Source of the DNA: Terriglobia bacterium
Lineage (GTDB): Bacteria; Acidobacteriota; Terriglobia; 20CM-2-55-15
Reading direction: 5' to 3'
Assembly (NCBI GenBank): GCA_965262675.1
Contig: OZ253554.1
Location: forward strand, 3,220,640 to 3,284,639
DNA length: 64,000 bases
The notes beneath the pieces were generated by a model. It saw only the letters and a list, made by a program, of their open reading frames with translations. It had not been told where the DNA came from and searched no databases. Each line of letters opens with the position of its first letter. The first letter of the stretch is position 1. This document shows positions 38,193 to 46,632 of this stretch, piece after piece. The position numbers and the translations under genes are program-made.

Positions 38193-40009
38193 TGCTGCTC
38201 CTCTATCACCCGTTTCAGTTCCTCCGGCATTTCCCCGATTCTCCGGGCCTCAATCTGCATTTCGCCGTCGGGGCCTTTCCGCACTCTGAAGTTCAGCTTT
38301 CCGAAGGCTGGGTTCTTGCCAGGATAGTCGTCGCGGAAATGGCCTCCGCGGCTCTCCTGCCGCCTGAGCGCCGACCGCGCGATGGCTTCGGACACGACCA
38401 GAAGATTCCCAAGATCGAGCGCCGTATGCCACCCCGTGTTGTATTCGCGGTTACCGTTGACGGCGACCCGATGCGCTCTCTGTTTCAGGGCTTCGATTCC
38501 CTCGAGCGCCTTGACGATTTCCGATTCGGTTCGGACAATACCCACCTGTTCCTGCATCATGCCTTGAAGATCGGCCTGAATCGCATAGGGCGCTTCGGCG
38601 CCGTCCTGAGCGGCCCGGTCGAAAGGCGCCAGCGTGTCGGCAGCGATCTTGTCGACCCGATCCGAATCGATCCGGCCGGGCGCGTTCTCCCTGGCAAACC
38701 GTGCGGCAAACTCCCGCGCGCGTTTCCCGAAAACCAGCAGATCGGACAGCGAATTGCCTCCCAGGCGATTGGCGCCGTGTAGTCCGGTCGCGCACTCGCC
38801 GGCGGCAAAAAGCCCCGGGACCGTCGACATCTGGCTTTCGGGATCCACGAAGATACCGCCCATGACGTAGTGTGTCGTCGGCCCCACTTCCATCGGAGTC
38901 GTGGTGATATCGATGTCGGCAAGTTGCTTGAACTGGTGATACATGCTCGGCAGCTTGCGCTTGATATGGTCGGCCGCGTTCGGGAGCTTTTCCTTGATCC
39001 ATGAGATGTCGAGGTACACGCCCCCATGCGGACTCCCGCGGCCTTCCTTGATCTGCTTCACGATGCACCGCGCAACGTGATCCCGGGTCAGCAGTTCGGG
39101 CGGGCGGCGGGCTGTCTTTTTGCCCTGCGTGTAATCCCACCCTTCCAGTTCATTGTCCGCCGTCTGGTTACGGTAAGCCTCGGGAATGTCATCGAACATG
39201 AAGCGCCGGCCTTCGCTGTTTCGAAGGATGCCGCCTTCCCCGCGAACGCCTTCGGTGACCAGAATGCCGGCGACGCTCGGAGGCCACACCATACCGGTCG
39301 GATGGAACTGCACGAACTCCATGTCCATCAGATCCGCGCCAGCATCGTAGGCCAGGGAATGACCGTCGCCGGTGTACTCCCAACTGTTGCTCGAGATACG
39401 GTAGGCTCGGCCAATGCCGCCGGTTGCCAGGACAATCGCAGGCGCGTCGAACCGCATGAAGCGCCCCCGCTGCCGATCGAAGCCGAAAGCTTCGGCCACA
39501 CGGCCGTCATCTTTCAACAGCGACGCCAAGTTGCATTCCATGTGGACTTCGATCCCCTGATGGATACCATGATCCTGAAGCGTGCGGATCATTTCGAGGC
39601 CGGTTCGGTCACCGACGTGGGCCAGGCGGGGGTACCTGTGTCCGCCGAAGTTCCGTTGCAGGATTCGGCCGTCGACGGTCCGGTCGAACACCGCTCCCCA
39701 GGCTTCGAGTTCGCGAACGCGTTCGGGAGCTTCCTTCGCGTGCAGCTCGGCCATCTTCCAGCTACTAAGGTATTGTCCACCGCGCATGGTGTCCGCGAAG
39801 TGGACCTTCCAGTCGTCGTCCGAGTTGACCGTACCCAGAGATGCCGCAATACCGCCCTCGGCCATCACCGTGTGGGCTTTACCGAGAAGCGATTTGCAAA
39901 TCAGGCCCACTCGCGCACCGGACGATGACGCTTCGATCGCCGCGCGGAGACCGGCCCCTCCGGCGCCCACGACCAGGACGTCGTACTTGAAGGTCTGGTA
40001 CTCCGGCAT
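38189..40009 (-). CDS. sdhA: Succinate dehydrogenase/fumarate reductase flavoprotein subunit
   Basis: 'VVGAGGAGLRAA', 'KAHTVMAEGG', 'EFVQFHPTG', 'HYVMGG', 'LHGANRLGGNSL', 'ESRGGH'. Confidence 0.93.
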   Translation of the reverse strand: MPEYQTFKYDVLVVGAGGAGLRAAIEASSSGARVGLICKSLLGKAHTVMAEGGIAASLGTVNSDDDWKVHFADTMRGGQYLSSWKMAELHAKEAPERVRELEAWGAVFDRTVDGRILQRNFGGHRYPRLAHVGDRTGLEMIRTLQDHGIHQGIEVHMECNLASLLKDDGRVAEAFGFDRQRGRFMRFDAPAIVLATGGIGRAYRISSNSWEYTGDGHSLAYDAGADLMDMEFVQFHPTGMVWPPSVAGILVTEGVRGEGGILRNSEGRRFMFDDIPEAYRNQTADNELEGWDYTQGKKTARRPPELLTRDHVARCIVKQIKEGRGSPHGGVYLDISWIKEKLPNAADHIKRKLPSMYHQFKQLADIDITTTPMEVGPTTHYVMGGIFVDPESQMSTVPGLFAAGECATGLHGANRLGGNSLSDLLVFGKRAREFAARFARENAPGRIDSDRVDKIAADTLAPFDRAAQDGAEAPYAIQADLQGMMQEQVGIVRTESEIVKALEGIEALKQRAHRVAVNGNREYNTGWHTALDLGNLLVVSEAIARSALRRQESRGGHFRDDYPGKNPAFGKLNFRVRKGPDGEMQIEARRIGEMPEELKRVIEEQQ

Positions 40010-40809
40010 CAGAAGATTCTCCAATCGGCGACGACGCCCATGGAGCACATCCGTACGTAGAAATCGGAAAACCCGACCCAGAAAAGGCTGCACCATGCCC
40101 ACTTCATGTGCCCGCGGTTGAGGCAACTCGCGCAGTTGTATCCGGCGCGCCCGAAAATGCCGTTGCTCGGCCGGTCCTTGCCCCCGCCCAGCAGATGCCT
40201 CATCGAGTGACACCCAAGAGCGTACCCTCCCAACATGACGACGTTGACGGCCAGGACGATCGTTCCGACGCCAATGCCGAACGACACCTCGCCGGCGGCA
40301 TCTGTAAACCAGAGGGCATTCCAGACATCCGTGGTGAGAAACACAAGAAAGACGATGGCCAGGTACAGAAAGTATCGATGCAGGTTCTGGACGATCAGCG
40401 GGAACGAATTCTCACCCAGGTAGCTCTTCCGCGGTTCACCGACCGCGCAGGAGGGCGGGTCGGCCCAGAAGGCCTTGTAGTAGCTGCGGCGGTAGTAGTA
40501 GCAGGTGAGTCGAAACCCGCCGGGTGCCCACAGAATGAGCAGTGCCGGTGAAAACGGCAGCCAGACGGGCCATGCGGAAGGGACGGAACCGAAAAGGCTG
40601 TGGGGTGAATCCCCGAAGATCTCCGGCGAATAGAAGGGAGAAAGGTACGAGCCAAAATAGTAGTGCTCACCCTGGAACGCCGCCCAGGTTCCGTAAACGA
40701 TAAAGGCGGAAAGTCCCAGGAAAATCGCCAATGGCTCGACCCACCAGCGGTCCCTGCGCTACGTGTGAGCGAAGCCTTGTCCATGAAGCGAAGACGCTGA
40801 TTGGGCCAC
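40009..40809 (-). CDS. Sdh1-type membrane anchor (Rv0249c-like) with an in-frame TAG at codon 17
   Basis: GAGGAG RBS 7 nt before GTG 40809; reads VAQSASSLHGQGFAHT*RRDRWWVEPLAIFLG...; conserved 'FRLTCYYYR', 'QNLHRYF', 'GCHSMRH', 'LN..HMKWAW'. Confidence 0.8.
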
Positions 40810-40895
40810 GCTATGACTCCTCACAAGTGTGTTGAAAAAAAGCAGGCCCACTATAGGCAAGTGAGTCGGCGTTTGCAACAGCCGCTCGGAATCGC

Positions 40896-42350
40896 CTACC
40901 CGAGTTGGACATCCGATTTCCCGGGCGGCGCCTCTTCCTCGGGCAGCAGCAAACCCAGCACCGCCTTCGACGCTGTCGCATCGCCGCTCGTATGGTAGGC
41001 TTCGTGATTTTTTGCAATATCGTCGAGTTCGTAACGGTAGTTCACCATCAGCCCGGCCGAGGGCCGCATCCCTTTCTCCGAAACGTCGGCGAGCCAATTG
41101 ATACGCTCCAATCGCGCGCCGTTGTTGAGGTGGAAATTGCCCACCCGGTCCACGGCACGACCGTCCTCCCGTTCGTAGAGCAGGAACTCGGCACACAGCC
41201 TCATCAGCGGTCCCTTCAGCGCGTTGGCGGCTCTCGGGTCCAGATGCCAGTTCGCGGATTGGACGAGGTCGGCGAGCGATTCCTTGTTCGCAGCACGAAT
41301 CGCTCCTTCCAGCGCCTCATGCTCGGCCGGCGTCAAACGGAGGCCGTCGACATCCCGAACGCGAACGCTCATGTAACGCCCGAAATCCGGGACCGGAGAC
41401 AGCGTCGCGAAGGTCCGCAAGTTGGGAAGCTCGCTCACCAGGCGGTCGACGACGCGCTTGATAAGGAAGGTTCCCAGATTTACGCCCTTCAATCCCTTCT
41501 GCGTATTCGAAATCGAATAGAAGATGGCCGTGTTGGCAGTGGCCGGGTCGCGGCGGGCGTCTCTTTCGCCGAGCAGTGCCTGAATACTGTCGGACATGCC
41601 CGACACCAGCGCAACCTCAACGAATATGAGGGGCTCCGTGGGCATTCTGGGGTGGAAGAAGGCGTAACAGCGCCGATCCTCTCCAAGGCGATTCTTGAGG
41701 TCATCCCACGATTGGATTTCGTGGACGGCTTCATAGGCGATCAGCCGTTCCAGCAACGCCGCCGGCGACTCCCAGGCAATTCGCTCCAGATTCAGAAACC
41801 CGACATCGAACCACGATGCGAGCAGTCCCTTGAGATCTCTTTCGAGGCTTCGCAAGTACGGGTCCGAACCCTCGAAGCGCCGCAGGTCGGCACGCAAGTC
41901 GACCAGAAACTTCACTCCCGACGGCAAAGAGTTGAACTGTGTCAGCAGTTTCAGGCGGCCTGGAGTCAGAACGGTCCGCAGGCGTTCCTCGATCTCGAGC
42001 GCGGAAGCTCGGTCGTCGTTTTCGCGGATCTCGCCGGCCGCGGCCACGAGCGCCTTCCAGTCGACACCAAAATCGTTCGCTAGGATCTGCAGGAAACGCT
42101 TGCGGCCCGAATCGTTCAGATCCATGTACGATTGCCCCAGAGCGGCGGCTCGGGCACGGCCGGACACCTCGCCGCCTCTGCTTTCAAGGCATTCGCGCAT
42201 CAGGCGCCGCAAGGTTTCGGCGTCCTTGTCGGGCAAGTCGGCGCGGAGACGCGGGACGTCACCTGCTCGAGCCGATTGGCTGATCGAACGCCAAGCGTTA
42301 CGAATATTGACCAGCGTCCGCTGCAGGATGCCCGCGACAGGTGAAGTCAT
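40896..42350 (-). CDS. Malonyl-CoA decarboxylase
   Basis: 'YEAVHEIQSWDDLKNRL', 'FFHP..P.EPLIFVEVAL', 'FYSISNTQKGLKG', 'FATLSPVP', 'FHL.NGA', 'MVNYRY'. Confidence 0.92.
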   Translation of the reverse strand: MTSPVAGILQRTLVNIRNAWRSISQSARAGDVPRLRADLPDKDAETLRRLMRECLESRGGEVSGRARAAALGQSYMDLNDSGRKRFLQILANDFGVDWKALVAAAGEIRENDDRASALEIEERLRTVLTPGRLKLLTQFNSLPSGVKFLVDLRADLRRFEGSDPYLRSLERDLKGLLASWFDVGFLNLERIAWESPAALLERLIAYEAVHEIQSWDDLKNRLGEDRRCYAFFHPRMPTEPLIFVEVALVSGMSDSIQALLGERDARRDPATANTAIFYSISNTQKGLKGVNLGTFLIKRVVDRLVSELPNLRTFATLSPVPDFGRYMSVRVRDVDGLRLTPAEHEALEGAIRAANKESLADLVQSANWHLDPRAANALKGPLMRLCAEFLLYEREDGRAVDRVGNFHLNNGARLERINWLADVSEKGMRPSAGLMVNYRYELDDIAKNHEAYHTSGDATASKAVLGLLLPEEEAPPGKSDVQLG

Positions 42351-42433
42351 TTCGTGCGCCCCCTGGCGTTTGCGGAAAGCTTGGTATTCGTCAGTTCAGA
42401 CGGTCGTCGGCACGGTAGCGGAACCGATCGGCT

Positions 42434-42553
42434 TCAGTGCTCAGCGCTCTCGTACCGGTCGGCAAACTTCTCGATCGAATATCCGGCCGCGGCCAGAACG
42501 GCGACGGATGCGGCAACCACGCCGACTACTTTAAGGACCAAACCCCAATCCAT
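42434..42553 (-). CDS. 39-aa single-TM small protein (not in the ORF track)
   Basis: GGAGGGGG RBS 6 nt before ATG; MDWGLVLKVVGVVAASVAVLAAAGYSIEKFADRYESAEH*; starts 21 nt after the upstream stop. Confidence 0.6.
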   Translation of the reverse strand: MDWGLVLKVVGVVAASVAVLAAAGYSIEKFADRYESAEH

Positions 42554-42574
42554 TGGGTACCCCCTCCGGACACG

Positions 42575-43507
42575 TTAGAACGAGTTGCCGAGAAAGGGCA
42601 ACATCCGCCCGAAGTAGATGACGCCAAGCCAGAGTGCGATCGTAGAAACGGCTATGACCTTCCCGTGCAGCGGCGGGTCATCCTGCGCTCTCAGCTTCCA
42701 GGCATCGTCGAAGATCGTAAAGTAGATGACGTTGACGCCCGCGATCACTATCAACAGCATCTTCAGATGGAACGACAGGTTCTGCGTATACTGCCCCGGC
42801 GCCGCGATGAAAAACAGCATCCCCGTAATGCCGTTGAGTGCGAAACCCAGCACGCCCCATGGCAGCAGCCGGTGCAACGTCGAAAAAGGAAGGTTCTTCA
42901 CGATGCCCAGCATTCGCAGGTTGACCAGCAACACCACGCCGAACAGAAGCCAAAGACCGATGAAATGGAGCGTTTCGCTCGCCGGCCACGCCCATGTTTT
43001 TTCGACAAACCAGATTCCCAAAGCGGTGCTCCAGCCCACGGCCTCTTCACTGGCAACGATCTCCGCCCCCTGACGAACCTCCGTGTGACGGATTTCTCCC
43101 CCAAAACTCGCCGCACGGGCCATCAATCCGACCGCGATCAGCGCAACGACGAGGACGGCCGACAGGTTCCAGGTAGTCGTGCGTGCGATCCGGCGGTATT
43201 GCCACAGCCCGAACCATGCCAGAGCGCCCGCAATCTGCATGAAAATGAAGGCAAGCAGCGCCGCATCCTGATGGCGGTGGACGTAGGCTTCGGATACCCC
43301 GGGTCCCTCCAGCAGCACTTCCTCCGCCATGTTGCCGGTGACATACGCCGGAATGGTGAGCAGTCCGATGACCACGAACAGGCCCAGGCTGGCGCGGGTC
43401 AGATCCTTACTCTTCCAGACGAGAGCGACGATGAACAGTCCCACTCCAACAATGGCGCCGATGGTCGGAAAGTGATTCAGGAGGATGTGCAGATGCGCAA
43501 GATTCAT
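42575..43507 (-). CDS. Membrane protein: DUF2231-like (His-rich, heme b-type) domain fused to a DUF6644-like domain
   Basis: N-half 'HLHILLNHFP...TG...H....GGEIRH'; C-half 'ETLHFIG....G....VNLR.LG...F.LK...GR'. Confidence 0.7.
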   Translation of the reverse strand: MNLAHLHILLNHFPTIGAIVGVGLFIVALVWKSKDLTRASLGLFVVIGLLTIPAYVTGNMAEEVLLEGPGVSEAYVHRHQDAALLAFIFMQIAGALAWFGLWQYRRIARTTTWNLSAVLVVALIAVGLMARAASFGGEIRHTEVRQGAEIVASEEAVGWSTALGIWFVEKTWAWPASETLHFIGLWLLFGVVLLVNLRMLGIVKNLPFSTLHRLLPWGVLGFALNGITGMLFFIAAPGQYTQNLSFHLKMLLIVIAGVNVIYFTIFDDAWKLRAQDDPPLHGKVIAVSTIALWLGVIYFGRMLPFLGNSF

Positions 43508-43858
43508 GATTTACCTTCGGACTCCGCCACCAGCGGCCCGTGGCAAAACCCCGCGGGGTCCCGGCACCAAAAACTGGGCCGAGTCTACAGAACGATCCAG
43601 TGGAGCGCAACCCGCTCTCCGGATGTGTCGGGAACCGCGCAGCTGGCCGTCGGCCACTCCATCGGTTCCCGACGCCTCACGCCGCAACAGGCGAATCCGG
43701 CTTACCGCTTCGGCGCGTTGTTCGAAGCGCTCGGTTTGGGATATTGGTCGAAATGCCGGTCGCCGAACGGATTCCACATTACAGTGGCCCCGGCACGGCT
43801 CCGAACCACTCCAGATTGTTAACTCCAGAGCTTAACCATTGCCGTTACTATCAAAGTC

Positions 43859-44146
43859 ATGACCGGTATCGAACCGATTCATCCTGGAGAACATTTGGCC
43901 GATTTTCTCGAAGAACTCGGAATCAGCCAATACCGTTTGGCGAAAGCGATCGGCACGCCGCCGCGGCGCATCAACGAGATCGTCCACGGACGCTGATCGA
44001 TCATGGCGGACACGGCGCTACGGTTGGGGCGGGCTTTCGAATTGACACCGGAGTTCTGGCTGAACTTGCAAAACTTGTACGACCTCGATCTTGCCCGCGC
44101 CTCGATCGATACCGGGACCATCGAAGCGCTGCGTACGGCCCAATAG
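43859..44146 (+). pseudogene. higA: HigA-family antitoxin with an internal TGA
   Basis: [75 protein letters not shown]...; TGA at 43994-43996. Confidence 0.85.
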
Positions 44147-44258
44147 CCGGGCGGGTCCATTCCGCGGCGGACGATCCGGAAGTTGAAGTCCACGAACGAA
44201 AAAGCACGGGGCCAATGAATAGGAAGTTCGACTTTGTGAGGCGGTTCCGGTGATCGAG

Positions 44259-44368
44259 GAGTCTGTCGGGAATTGGCTCCCTCGAACTAAGAATCAACAA
44301 CTTACGAGCCATCCTTGGTCTGTAAGTTGTTGATTCTTGGTTGCAGACTTCTTATTCCCGACAGGCTC
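44259..44368. mobile_element. 110-bp MITE-like element with terminal inverted repeats and a 4-bp target duplication
   Basis: TIRs GAGTCTGTCGGGAAT / ATTCCCGACAGGCTC (14/15); CGAG direct repeat on both flanks; internal IR 44285-44305 / 44322-44342 (20/21). Confidence 0.8.
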
Positions 44369-44382
44369 CGAGATGGCTGCCT

Positions 44383-46428
44383 TTACACAAACGCTCCGAA
44401 TACTCCACCATCGCTTGTAGCAACGCCGAGCAACTTCGCGCGAACCCGGTGAGCTGTGTCTAACGAGATCGGTCCGCCGTGCACTGCTCGGTTCCGGTAG
44501 GGTTTCACTACTTCTATTGCCTTCCGCAACCTATGAAGGTCAATCCCACGCGTGTCGCAAAACTCCTGCAGTTCCGTACGCGGCGATTCCAACGCCAGCG
44601 CAATCTCACCCAGGTTGAGTCGATCCTTCTGACGCCCCCCGATTAGAATCCTCGGGCGGCGACTACCATTTTTGAGCAGTTCGGAATCAGGAAAATTCCG
44701 GAGTCCGCGCCTTCTGAGAAATTCGCAGAGATCATCCAGAATCCCCGTCTTGAGTTGAGTTTCGAAGGCAAAACCGAATCCGGCTATACCGAGGCCAGGA
44801 TCAGGGCAATCGGGATCCTGCAGGGTTCGCTCAGCGGCAAGGGCCTTTGTCTGGGCATCCTCAGACAGGACGTCCCACACCTGACAGGTGAGCTCTGTCT
44901 TGAGCGAATCTTCAACTGCGCGCATTTCAGGCGGATTGCATTTCATCTGATCCACGACAAGCTCGATGCAACGCTCAAGACGCTCGTATTGGTCAATAAG
45001 GGGAATCTGTGAAGCGCTTATCGAATCTAACCTGTCCATCACCTGCTGAAAACGTACGGCATAGGGGTCGTCACGGGGCGCCGTGGCCGAGGCCTCCACC
45101 GACGCCGCGCACCATGCCAAATACAGGATATGCCGCCAATCGAGTTCGCTGATATCGGAGGGATTCCCAGATGATCCTCGGACGAAGTTATCCATCAGGA
45201 TCTGCTGCCAATCGCTACGTTCGGTTTTGACTTCAATGGAAACAACGCCTTCGAGATCGTTCAGGTCTCGATCTGTTGCTGTTGGCAACGTCAATGGCAA
45301 CTTTGGCATCCAATGACCATTCCGTGTCGTGACATCACCGTGTACTCCAATGACGTTCCTGGCGGTCAGGAGACAGAGAAACTCGTCGTCCTTCAATCTC
45401 TGCACGAACATCGCGACCGGACTGCGATCTTCTGACAAACGCCACACGCACCAGGGATGGCGAAGAGACTCCTCGTTGTCGTCCTCGCTTCGAAACCGCG
45501 GGAGGTGAGTCTCTTCGTAACGGCGTATGGCACCGCCGGCGGGCATGTACATCTGGGCGGCTCGAATCCCGAGGAGCCGGAACCACTCATCGACTTGCCT
45601 TCCTTCTGAATTCAATGGATCTTTCCACTTATAGTCGGTGATGCCATTTGCTTGCGCCTCGCTTGGCAGCACAGGATACCCGGCCGCTTTCCATTCCAGG
45701 GAAAGCTATTCCGTCGCTCGGTCTTGGTCACAGTTCATGCAGGAAACGCATCGGGCCAGAAGTTCCGAGATGGTCTTCAGATTTGTATGATCGAATTTGT
45801 CTAAAGCCTGCTTCAGGGCCAGACGTTCCGTATCGCAGTGGGCACAATCCGCCAAGTGTTGGCGATAATATCCCAGTGGCCAACCGTCGAAATTGTCAAG
45901 GCAACCGCGAGTCAGAAGCGTTTCTTGTTGCCCCAGCTTTTCGCAAACGTCCGTGCCTTCTATTAACTCCTCTCCCCAGGCGATGTCATCATCGGGAAAC
46001 AGGATCGTCCCCCACGTTCCGACGAAATCGAGATCGAAATCCGGCAATTCATCCGGCGTCTGCATCGCGAGGGGAACGGCTGTATCCGAGTAGGGCATGT
46101 CGGAAAGACGCCGCGCAGCTTCCGCCCGTAGTTCTTCCGAAAACAGTGTTTTCCACTCTTCGTTCAAGACTATGGCCTCGATCGTCAGGTCGGGCCGGCC
46201 GCGAGCGCAGATATCGACGGAATCGTCGGACGGTGGCTCCGAAAGCAGTTGCTTGGCGGCGCGCGCCCCGCCCAACTCGCGCACGCGCTCGATGTACTGG
46301 TTGGGAGCGTACTTACAGTCCGCAATAACATGCCGAATGAAATTCATGATTCGATCATTGAAGTTGTTCTCGACAAGTTCGCGTTCGGTCCATCTCAGCA
46401 GCATCTCAGTCTCCATCGCGCGTGACAT
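44383..46428 (-). pseudogene. TAG-interrupted 681-codon frame with a C-terminal HEPN-like domain (or two genes, 45706..46428 and 44383..45672)
   Basis: The two track ORFs share one frame, joined by a single TAG (45706-45708) plus 11 sense codons; C-terminal 'FETQLK...LNLG...YRNRAVHG' has an RxxxxH motif. Confidence 0.6.
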
Positions 46429-46632
46429 TCATCACGGCTCCATAGCAGTCGTCTTCCGATTTCCGTGCTTCGAGCACGAGCATCTCGTGAGTCTATTCCT
46501 TCGTCGAATTACTTCGCTCTCTACCGCATCGTATCTGTGCGTCCGCGGACCGACGCGAGAGCTTCATCAATGACCGCCGCGCCATGCGTGGTGTCCGACC
46601 GCACGTGCTTGCGCAGAACAACGCCAGAGAGC

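Noticed and set aside
43485-43858. HigB toxin upstream of higA
   Set aside because: Only a vague C-terminal resemblance ('LQIVN'); no RelE/HigB core motifs seen.
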